Shown: one piece after another, positions 25,495-33,309 of the stretch | Layout: each line of letters opens with the position of its first letter | Numbering within the stretch: position 1 is the stretch's first letter | Assembly: GCA_938023835.1 (NCBI GenBank) | Contig: CALJDF010000266.1 | Location: 1 to 38,225 of the forward strand | DNA from: an uncultured Alphaproteobacteria bacterium | Lineage (GTDB): Bacteria > Pseudomonadota > Alphaproteobacteria > SHVP01 | Length of the DNA stretch: 38,225 nucleotides | Direction: 5' to 3' | Position numbers and translations under genes: made by a program | Notes under the pieces: generated by a model | The model's database searches: none | Told to the model about the DNA's origin: nothing | What the model saw: the letters and a program-made list of their open reading frames with translations, nothing else

Positions 25495-26343
25495 TCAATA
25501 AGAGGAAACGCGAATTTCTTGGGTTTGGATTGCCGGACTCTGGTCGGTCGCCGGCGCTGACCCGCCCGCGGGACCCTGCACCGATATCTCGCCAACCGGC
25601 TGTTCGGGTCGTTTTGCGACGGGTACGCCCTTACGCCACAGCCGGAAGGCCTCCCAGTGGATCGCCATGATGACTTTCAGCGTCATCAGCGGATGCGTGA
25701 GCACCGCCCGTGCCAGAGTGCCATCTGAAAGCGCCCGCCGCCGCCCGTCAAACGTCGCGACAAGAACCTCACCCTCGGAATCGAATTCGCGAATGCCGAT
25801 GGCGTACCGGTCGTCCGGTTCGCGGACCTTGAAATCATACCGGTGGTCCACCGGATTGAACGGTGAGACGTAGAGTTTCTTGGCACAGGACTGATGAATT
25901 GGCCCCCCTTCGCCGCCAGGCATTACCGGCAGCAGGTAGGAGTGACGATCGCCAAAGGTATTGCTGACCTCATGCAAAATCGCCTCCAGCGTCCCACTTT
26001 GGGTATAGCAATAGTAGACGCTGAGCGGGTTGAAGACGTACCCCCACAAACGTGGGTAAGACTGGATGAAGATCGGGCCGTCGGCGGCATATCCGGCGTC
26101 CCTCAGATGACCTCGGACCCAGTCCTTGAGGTTGGTTGAGCCGTCTCCGTGATCGCGCTCATGAAAACTCAAGACGTTGAATCGGTTCACAGACAGGAAG
26201 CGCAGTTTCTTGGAGAGGGTCGCCAACGAATCCAGATCGAGGAAAAGAGAAAAGACTCGGTAAACGAAGCGATGCTTTGCCGGCTTGAGCCGTGCATGCA
26301 TGACCTTGCCGACGTAGAGGCAGGATGCGGGGAGCCCGGTCAT
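25495..26343 (-). CDS. DUF1365-family protein
   Basis: 282-aa ORF. 'LYVGKVMHARLKPAKHRFVYRVFSLFLDLDSL' is the characteristic DUF1365 N-terminus. The ATG overlaps the TGA of the upstream FAD gene (ATGA at 26340-26343). Confidence 0.8.
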   Translation of the reverse strand: MTGLPASCLYVGKVMHARLKPAKHRFVYRVFSLFLDLDSLATLSKKLRFLSVNRFNVLSFHERDHGDGSTNLKDWVRGHLRDAGYAADGPIFIQSYPRLWGYVFNPLSVYYCYTQSGTLEAILHEVSNTFGDRHSYLLPVMPGGEGGPIHQSCAKKLYVSPFNPVDHRYDFKVREPDDRYAIGIREFDSEGEVLVATFDGRRRALSDGTLARAVLTHPLMTLKVIMAIHWEAFRLWRKGVPVAKRPEQPVGEISVQGPAGGSAPATDQSPAIQTQEIRVSSY

Positions 26344-27683
26344 GCCACAACCGACTCCCTGACCTCAAACGGATCGCTGTCGACAGCCAACCACGGCGTT
26401 TCGGCGCCCAGCGAGCGGGCAACCCGAATGCCTGATTTGAATCCATCTTCGTGGAAACCGAGTCCACAATAGGCACCGCAATACCACGTGTTGCGAGATC
26501 CCTGCTGCACCGAGAGCGCCTGTTGCGCAATCACGGTGTCGCGGGAAAACACGGGATGCTCATAGTCGTAACGACCGAGGACCCGATCTGGCGGAGGTGG
26601 TGTCCAGGGGTTCAGCGACGCGAATAACGGAATCGATCGATCAATGTTTTGCAGCCGATTCATCCAATAGGTCACCGGAACAGGTCGGCTCGAATCCATG
26701 CCGGTTCGCGCCTGGTAGTTCCAACTCGACCAGGCGGCTTTTCGCACCGGCATTTGCCTGTCGTCCTGATGAAGGGTCACGGCACTCCGTGCATAAGAGA
26801 AGGGCGCAAGTGCCGCGTGTTCCGCAACGGTCCGACCCTTACCCAGAATCGTCAGAGTTCTGTCGGCGTGGGTCGCAAACACGACATGATCGAAACCTTG
26901 TTCGTCGTCATCCGTCATGACCGTAACACCGTTTGGCGTTCGCCGAACCGCCCGGACGGCCGCGCCAGTACGGATGTTTCCCTCAATCGCGGCCGCCAGT
27001 CTTTCGACATAGGCGCGGCTGCCGCCGGTGACCGTGCGCCATTTCGGCCTGTCACGGAATCGCAACAGACCATGCTCGTCGTAAAACCGAATAAAACTCG
27101 CAGCGTCGAACTCGAGAATCTGGTCGACCGGGGTCGACCAGATCGCTGACGCCATGGGCAGAATATGGAGATACCAATAGGTATCTGAATAACCGCCCTG
27201 CTCGAGCAGCGCCCGCACCGTTAGGCCACCGGCAACACCCGCCTTCTGAACTCGCAGGGCATGACGATAGAACCGGACGATGTCGACCAGCATCCGGAGA
27301 TACTGAGGCCGCAACAGATTCGCCGGTTGGCAGAAAGGCCCCGTCGGCAAGGGACTTGCGTACTCGAATTTCCCACCATCGAGCGAGACCGAAAATGACA
27401 TGTCACTGGGTTCGGTCGGCACGGCAAGGGTCTCGAACAATTCGATCAGATTCGGGTAATTGACGTTGTTGTAGACAATGAACCCGGTATCGACGGTGAT
27501 CGTCCGACCCCCCACCTCCACATCGACCGTGTGACTGTGCCCACCAAGTCGCGGTTCAGCTTCATAGACGGTGACACGATGGCGCTTGGAGAGCAGCCAC
27601 GCGCAGCCGAGGCCGGCGATGCCAGCCCCCACGACAGCGATTCGATCACCGTTCCGATGACGGGACGGAGCAGAAAAGTTCAA
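26340..27683 (-). CDS. NAD/FAD-binding amine-oxidase / phytoene-desaturase-like oxidoreductase
   Basis: 447-aa ORF. Dinucleotide fold 'RIAVVGAGIAGLGCAWLLSKRHRVTVYEAEPRLGGHSHT'. C-terminal 'WYCGAYCGLGFHEDGFKSG', typical of the COG2907-type proteins found next to DUF1365 and CFA-synthase genes. Confidence 0.88.
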   Translation of the reverse strand: MNFSAPSRHRNGDRIAVVGAGIAGLGCAWLLSKRHRVTVYEAEPRLGGHSHTVDVEVGGRTITVDTGFIVYNNVNYPNLIELFETLAVPTEPSDMSFSVSLDGGKFEYASPLPTGPFCQPANLLRPQYLRMLVDIVRFYRHALRVQKAGVAGGLTVRALLEQGGYSDTYWYLHILPMASAIWSTPVDQILEFDAASFIRFYDEHGLLRFRDRPKWRTVTGGSRAYVERLAAAIEGNIRTGAAVRAVRRTPNGVTVMTDDDEQGFDHVVFATHADRTLTILGKGRTVAEHAALAPFSYARSAVTLHQDDRQMPVRKAAWSSWNYQARTGMDSSRPVPVTYWMNRLQNIDRSIPLFASLNPWTPPPPDRVLGRYDYEHPVFSRDTVIAQQALSVQQGSRNTWYCGAYCGLGFHEDGFKSGIRVARSLGAETPWLAVDSDPFEVRESVVA

Positions 27684-27817
27684 ATTGTCGACCTCCGCCT
27701 AGGGTTCTAGCGGTCGGAGCCACGCCCCTCAACCGCCAAATTAGATACCCCGGGCGGGATCAAGTGGATGCCCGGTCCAGGACGGCAAGGGCTGCTAAGA
27801 TCTTCATTGGAGGTGAC

Positions 27818-29239
27818 ATGTTCGAGACAATTCCAATCCCGATCTGGGCTATTGCGCTGGTCGGGGTGGTGGCCGCCTGGGCGGCGCTCGACCGCCTTCT
27901 CATTCCCAGCGTGCGTTGGTATCTGCGGCGCCGGGTCAACCGGGTCATCAACGACCTCAACAAGCGGCTACAGCTTCGAATTGAACCTTTTAGGCTAACG
28001 CGCCGGGCGGTCCTGATTGATCGCCTAACCTACGACCCCGAGATCATCAAAGCCGCCGAGGCTGAAGCGGAAGCGACGGGCAAACCGTGCGAGGCTGTGG
28101 TCCGCGAGGTGGCGCGGTATGCCCGCAAGATCGTGCCGTCGTTCAACGCCTATGCCTACTTTCGTATCGGGTATTGGTTCGCCCGACAGGTGGCCCGCTC
28201 GCTTCACCGCGTCCGCCTGGGTTATGCCGACCCGAAAGGGCTCTCTTCCGTGCCTGAGTACGCGTCCGTTGTGTTCGTCATGAACCATCGCAGCAATATA
28301 GACTACGTCCTCGTTGGATATTTGGCAGCCTCCACAGCAGCGCTGAGTTACGCGGTTGGTGAATGGGCACGAATCTGGCCGTTACAAACATTGATCCGCA
28401 CCCTGGGCGCCTACTTCATCCGGCGCAAATCCGGCAGCCCGCTCTGCCGGAAGGTGCTTGCCCGCTACGTCCAAATGGCAACCGACGGCGGCGTGGTGCA
28501 AGCGGTCTATCCGGAAGGAGGATTGAGCCGCGATGGTCGGTTGCGCGAGCGACGCCTTGGGTTGCTCTCGTACATGGTCGGCGCCTTTGACCCAGCAAGC
28601 GGCCGCGACCTTGTGTTCATTCCGGTGGGGATCAACTACGACCGCGTACTCGAGGACCGTACCCTATTGCGGTCCCTCAACAAGGAACTGCCGCGTATCG
28701 GCACGGTGTCTGCCCTAGCTAGGACCGTTCGTTTTCTCGGCCACCAAGTCGTCCTCTTTTTGCGGCGGCGCTGGCATCGGTTTGGTTACGCTTGTGTCAA
28801 TTTTGGCACCCCGATCTCGATGACCCACTACCTCGCCGCCGAAGGAACCGAGTTCGCCGCAGACGAAACCCCGGAGCGGTTTGCCCAAATTGAAACCCTC
28901 GGCCGACACCTCATGGAGGCCGTTGGCACCGTCATTCCGGTCACGCCGGTGGCGCTCGTGTCGACCGTGCTTCTCTCCAAGAATGACCAACCGGTTAGCG
29001 AACTGGAGATCAAGGCATCGGTGTTCGCCTTGATGAAGTCGCTGGAAGCGGAAGGCGCTCAGGTCTACCTGCCAAGAGCCGACCGCGACTATGCCGTGGG
29101 CGTCGGACTCGGCATGCTGACGCTGCGCCACATTGTCTTGGAAGAGGATGGACTCTACCCGATTAATCCGAGCGACCGGCCCCTCGTCGGCTACTACGCA
29201 AATGCCATCGCCCACCTTCCGGGCGCGCAGGTCGGGTAG
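27818..29239 (+). CDS. PlsB/GPAT (DHAPAT)-like glycerol-3-phosphate/lysophospholipid acyltransferase
   Basis: The ORF is 27764..29239. I prefer ATG 27818 with a GGAGGTGA SD. N-terminal TM 'IPIPIWAIALVGVVAAWAAL'. All four GPAT blocks are present: 'VMNHRSNIDYV' (Hx4D), 'GAYFIRR', 'YPEGGLSRDGRL', 'IPVGINYDRV'. Confidence 0.85.
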   Translation: MFETIPIPIWAIALVGVVAAWAALDRLLIPSVRWYLRRRVNRVINDLNKRLQLRIEPFRLTRRAVLIDRLTYDPEIIKAAEAEAEATGKPCEAVVREVARYARKIVPSFNAYAYFRIGYWFARQVARSLHRVRLGYADPKGLSSVPEYASVVFVMNHRSNIDYVLVGYLAASTAALSYAVGEWARIWPLQTLIRTLGAYFIRRKSGSPLCRKVLARYVQMATDGGVVQAVYPEGGLSRDGRLRERRLGLLSYMVGAFDPASGRDLVFIPVGINYDRVLEDRTLLRSLNKELPRIGTVSALARTVRFLGHQVVLFLRRRWHRFGYACVNFGTPISMTHYLAAEGTEFAADETPERFAQIETLGRHLMEAVGTVIPVTPVALVSTVLLSKNDQPVSELEIKASVFALMKSLEAEGAQVYLPRADRDYAVGVGLGMLTLRHIVLEEDGLYPINPSDRPLVGYYANAIAHLPGAQVG

Positions 29240-29248
29240 TATCAGAGC

Positions 29249-29641
29249 CTACACAGAGGCGCGTCGGTCGAGCGTCTCAGTAGCAGCCTCGTCTGCCCCC
29301 AGGGCCCGTGCGACGTGGGCAACGACGTAGTCGGGTCGCGAGTCACCGCATGAGAAGATATCCAACGCGATGTAGCCGTATTCGGGATAGCTATGAAATG
29401 CGGCGTGGCTCTCGGAAAGAATATAGAAGCCCGTCACCCCGGACTCGTCGCCCGGAAACTTGTAGCTCTGCTCACCCAAGATCATGAATGACTGTGCTTC
29501 AAGTGCTTCCTTCAGAACGTTCATTAGGAGACGTTCATCCATCAGGAGATGCGTATCGACACCGGAGAGGTCGCCGATCACGTGGGTCCCAATATCGATC
29601 CGTCGCGACATCGACGGTTCCACAAATTTGAGCGCTTCCAT
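29249..29641 (-). CDS. speD: Small (class 1b-like) pyruvoyl-dependent S-adenosylmethionine decarboxylase-family proenzyme
   Basis: The ORF is 29249..29791. I prefer ATG 29641 (GGGGAGGA SD), giving ~130 aa. 'GTHVIGDLSGVD' and the self-cleavage region 'YILSESHAAFHSYPEYGYIALDIFSCGD' (E-S-H) match AdoMetDC proenzymes. Substrate specificity cannot be read from the sequence. Confidence 0.8.
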   Translation of the reverse strand: MEALKFVEPSMSRRIDIGTHVIGDLSGVDTHLLMDERLLMNVLKEALEAQSFMILGEQSYKFPGDESGVTGFYILSESHAAFHSYPEYGYIALDIFSCGDSRPDYVVAHVARALGADEAATETLDRRASV

Positions 29642-29809
29642 TAGGTCCTCCCCGATATGCCCGGTCGTGCCGAGCACCCACAGAAACGGCGCTGCCGCCA
29701 GATCCAAAACAGCGAAAGACGCCCCCACTGAACGTAGCTGAGCGTCTCCGCGGAGAAGCGAAATAGAGCCTTCCGGAAGGGGACGCAACAAGATTCTGCG
29801 CCTCTGAAC

Positions 29810-31321
29810 CTAGTCGCGAAATCCTTCGGCAAAGGCCCATAGGTCGGCGAGGAGGGCTGCATCGGTAATGATGCGCGGAACCTTGTTCTGGCCGCCTAGC
29901 TTGCCTCGGCTTTTCATCCAGGCCGCGAATATACCCGGCGGCCCGACCACAAGCGCGGGCGGGCCGACACCGAAATCGCCCGACCGGTGCGCCCGGTAGT
30001 CATCGTTTTCGTCTTGAAGCATTTGATCGACGAGGGTCGTGAAGCGATCTGAATCGGGCGTGTGGTCTGCAAACTCAACGACCAATACGTGGTGTCCCCT
30101 GGGACTTCCCTCGCGCGGCAACACGGCACCTACCGCATAATCCGACATGGTGCACCCCGTTGCCTGACACGCCTCCGAAATGGCCCGGTCCAATTCCGAA
30201 ACGATAAGATGCTCCCCAAACGCTGACAGCATCTGCGCGGTTCGACCGGTCACGACAATGCGCGCTTTCGCGCGATCAACAAACCGGACGGTATCGCCAA
30301 TCAGGTAGGACCAAAGGCCGGCACACGTTGTTACAGCGATCGCGTACTCGACCCCCTCTTCGACGGTCGCAATCCAATGCCGTCTCGGTGTTGCCAGGTT
30401 CAAATCAGATATCGGCACGAACTCAAAGAAAATCCCGTGATCTAGCGAAAGCCGTAACCCATCTTCCGGGCGTCCGTCGGCAATCGCGACGAATCCCTCG
30501 CTCGCGGGATAGACTTCGCGAACATCGGTACGGGACCCCGCGCACAGCGCCTCAAAACGCGCGCGGTAGGGCTCGAAGCTGACGCCGCCATGGACCAGAA
30601 GATCGAGATCCGGATAGACATCCGACAACGTGTCGCCGTGTGCATCCCGCAGAACCTGATCTAGAAACAGCAACAACCAGCTTGTTGTCCCGGCGATTGC
30701 GCGAATGGTTTCGTGCCGCGAACGGGCCGCGACGTGCGCCATCTTTTCTTCCCAGTCTTCGAGTTGCGCCAATTCCGGAGGCGGGAAATAGCGCGACCGT
30801 GCAAACCAGGGCACCGAGGTCGCCATGATGCCGCTAAGATCGCCGCTGAATACGCCGGGCGCCTCCTGCTCGAGGCGTGAGCTGCCACCGAGCATCAAGC
30901 TCTTGCCTGCCAGAACGTGGCTTTCGGCACTGGCACGCAAATGAAACGCATAGAGGTCTGTCGCCGCCTTTCTGTTGCTGCGGAGCATTTCGCGACTGAC
31001 GGGAATGTATTTGCTTCGCCCGGAGGACGTCCCCGACGTGAGTGCAAAAAACGGTATTAGCCCCGGCCAAGAAACGTCGACGAGATTGGGAAACGCGCGC
31101 GCCCAATAGGTCGACCAGAAATCTTCAAAAACCCGTAGCGGTACGCGACGCTGAAAATCAGCCACCCCAGCAACGCCTGAGAAGTCATGGTCGCGGCCAA
31201 ATGTCGTGTTCCGAGCCCGACTAACCAGCTTCATGAGGGTCGCTCTTTGAGCGGCGGCGACATCGAGCGTCAAAAGGGCGTTGAGTCGGTAGCGCGCAAA
31301 CACCCGCAGCAATGGCGTCAT
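29810..31321 (-). CDS. GH3-family adenylate-forming acyl-acid amido synthetase
   Basis: The ORF is 29810..31399. I prefer ATG 31321 ('MTPLLRVFARY...'), 14 nt after the upstream stop. GH3 motifs: 'LTSGTSSGRSKYIPVS', 'VYPASEGFVA', 'YLIGDTVRF'. Confidence 0.85.
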   Translation of the reverse strand: MTPLLRVFARYRLNALLTLDVAAAQRATLMKLVSRARNTTFGRDHDFSGVAGVADFQRRVPLRVFEDFWSTYWARAFPNLVDVSWPGLIPFFALTSGTSSGRSKYIPVSREMLRSNRKAATDLYAFHLRASAESHVLAGKSLMLGGSSRLEQEAPGVFSGDLSGIMATSVPWFARSRYFPPPELAQLEDWEEKMAHVAARSRHETIRAIAGTTSWLLLFLDQVLRDAHGDTLSDVYPDLDLLVHGGVSFEPYRARFEALCAGSRTDVREVYPASEGFVAIADGRPEDGLRLSLDHGIFFEFVPISDLNLATPRRHWIATVEEGVEYAIAVTTCAGLWSYLIGDTVRFVDRAKARIVVTGRTAQMLSAFGEHLIVSELDRAISEACQATGCTMSDYAVGAVLPREGSPRGHHVLVVEFADHTPDSDRFTTLVDQMLQDENDDYRAHRSGDFGVGPPALVVGPPGIFAAWMKSRGKLGGQNKVPRIITDAALLADLWAFAEGFRD

Positions 31322-31335
31322 GTCATGCAAAGTGA

Positions 31336-32139
31336 TCAGTCGACCGACCCAATGAACTTTGTCACTTCTTCGGCAAACCGTTCGGGGTCGGTCCAGCACA
31401 CCTGCGGTTGTGCCTTGGGCATGAACAGTTCGCGCGCACCACGCACAAGGCTCGCCGCGTCACTATTCTCGGGAGCCAGCTTGTCGTGTTCAGCGCTGAT
31501 AAAGAGCGACGGCAGATCGAGCTCGCGCAGCGTCGCGGCCAAGTCGTAACGCGCGACAGCGTGGAGGCCCCAGTTGAACCGGTCATAGACCCGGATCGTC
31601 TCCGCTACCGCCATCTGAACCTGGTCGAGATCGCTCCCGGGCCCATAGTTCTCCATTCGACTATCCCAAACTTGGTTCAAATGACGACCACTCGCTTCCA
31701 GGTTCGGTTCGCCTAGGTTCTCGGCAAACATTTTCAGACGCGACTTACTGAGAAGAGGCGTGCCGGAAAGGATTAGATGCGTTGCGCGTTGACCAAGTTG
31801 GTGCGCCACCGCCACGGCAATTGCCGCCCCCGTGGCAAACCCGCAGACAGCAACGCGTTCCAACCCAATAACGTCCATCGCCGCGACCAACTGCGTTGCA
31901 TAGGCCTCAACGGTTGGCGGACCTGGCTGGATCGGGGTCGACGCGCCATACCCTGGCGTATCGAAAGCAAACGCGCGGTGCCGCGTGCCGAGCTCAGGCA
32001 GCGCACGGTCATACATCCGGGAGGAAAGCGGCGTTTGATGAAAGCATGCCAACGCAGCGCCAGATTGCCCGGTGCAACGGTAGTGAACCTGCCCGTCTTC
32101 AAGATCGGCGTAGGCGTAGTGGATTGGGTTTGGCTTCAT
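31336..32139 (-). CDS. Alpha/beta-hydrolase-fold protein lacking the canonical nucleophile serine
   Basis: 267-aa ORF with overall alpha/beta-hydrolase layout ('AFAFDTPGYGAST', 'SLFISAEHDKLAP', 'DPERFAEEVTKFI'). The nucleophile elbow reads 'VAVCGFATGAAIAV' (G-F-A-T-G instead of G-x-S-x-G). No obvious catalytic His precedes the C-terminal helix. Confidence 0.75.
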   Translation of the reverse strand: MKPNPIHYAYADLEDGQVHYRCTGQSGAALACFHQTPLSSRMYDRALPELGTRHRAFAFDTPGYGASTPIQPGPPTVEAYATQLVAAMDVIGLERVAVCGFATGAAIAVAVAHQLGQRATHLILSGTPLLSKSRLKMFAENLGEPNLEASGRHLNQVWDSRMENYGPGSDLDQVQMAVAETIRVYDRFNWGLHAVARYDLAATLRELDLPSLFISAEHDKLAPENSDAASLVRGARELFMPKAQPQVCWTDPERFAEEVTKFIGSVD

Positions 32140-32179
32140 CGGCCCAGCGTGTCACCCGAACACGGGAAAGCGCAAGAGC

Positions 32180-33304
32180 CTAGGCTGTCTGAAGACGGTG
32201 CATATGATCGCTAATCGCCTCGACGATCCCGTCGTACTTCAGACCGTCCAACCGGGCTTTGTGCATGGACGTGTACGCAGCTTGTGCGCTGGTTAAGTCT
32301 GCGTTCGACAAATTCGTTTTTACGAGCTTCGTCCCTTGGCCACCCCGTCGGTGCTGCACTACTGGTTCCATCCGGACACTTGTCAACACAGCGCCACGCA
32401 TGGAGGCACCTGTCAGCTTCGTTCCCGACAGATCCGTTCGCGATAGATAAGCACCTTCTAGATTGGCCCCGCTAAGGTTGGCCGAAACAAATTCGGTATC
32501 GCTTAGGTTCGCGCCAGACAGGTTTGCCGCTGCGAGGTCGGCCCCCGAGAGGAAGGCGTGGGAAAGATCAAGCCCTTGCAAATCGGCGCCGGCCAGTTCT
32601 GCACGCCGTCCCTTGCGACCGTCCGAATCGGACCACAACGCGTGCTGGCGCATCGTGTCCCGCAGGGCGTGCGGCCACCCCGCAGACGCCACGCTGACTT
32701 TGGCGCCGGCCAAATCGACACCGGTTAGACGCACTTCCGAAAGAACTGCGCCCCGCATGTTGGCGCCTTCAAAACGAGCAAGATTCAGATTCGCTCGATT
32801 GAGGTCGGCCCCCTCCATCTTGGCGTTCTGCAACTTGGCGGCCTCAAGATTCGCCCGACATAGGTCTGCCCCCGTCAAGTCGACGATCCGATCATTACCT
32901 TCGGTGGTCTTTTCGACCGTAAAGTCGACCTTGCTGCCGTTCCGCGGCTGTTGTTGGTCGATGACCAACGCGCCCGGGCGCAGGTCTGCTTCTTTCAGAT
33001 TGGCGTCGCGCAAAATGGTTTCACATAGCCGGGTGCCGCGCAGATCCGCCCGACGGAGATTGGCCCCGCGCAGTTCGGCGTTACCGAAATCAGCCGCGAA
33101 AAGATCGGCAAATGAAAAGTCAGCGTTGACGAAATGGCAGCCGCGAAAGTTTACTCCGGTGAGCTTTGCTTCCCTCAGATTCAGGTTCGCCAGACGCAAG
33201 CCGGATAGATCGAAATTCGTCAGGACCGCGCGCTGCCCGCCGCTCTGGCGGTTCAGGAAACGATCATGGCGTCGAAGCATTTCGACAAAATCTTGCGGGG
33301 TCAT
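32180..33304 (-). CDS. Pentapeptide-repeat protein (two-module, 374 aa), paralog of 14876..16120
   Basis: 374-aa ORF with an ATG start, 5 nt after the stop of the upstream gene. Same architecture as the other pentapeptide protein: N-terminal 'FVEMLRRHDRF', internal 'MRQHALWSDSDGRKGRRAELAGADL'. Confidence 0.88.
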   Translation of the reverse strand: MTPQDFVEMLRRHDRFLNRQSGGQRAVLTNFDLSGLRLANLNLREAKLTGVNFRGCHFVNADFSFADLFAADFGNAELRGANLRRADLRGTRLCETILRDANLKEADLRPGALVIDQQQPRNGSKVDFTVEKTTEGNDRIVDLTGADLCRANLEAAKLQNAKMEGADLNRANLNLARFEGANMRGAVLSEVRLTGVDLAGAKVSVASAGWPHALRDTMRQHALWSDSDGRKGRRAELAGADLQGLDLSHAFLSGADLAAANLSGANLSDTEFVSANLSGANLEGAYLSRTDLSGTKLTGASMRGAVLTSVRMEPVVQHRRGGQGTKLVKTNLSNADLTSAQAAYTSMHKARLDGLKYDGIVEAISDHMHRLQTA

Positions 33305-33309
33305 GGTGC

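Noticed and set aside
29642-29791. 50-residue N-terminal extension of the AdoMetDC-like ORF
   Set aside because: Homologous small AdoMetDC proenzymes begin just before the 'G-x-H-V-I' block. ATG 29641 has a strong GGGGAGGA SD. The extension covers the palindrome-containing spacer.
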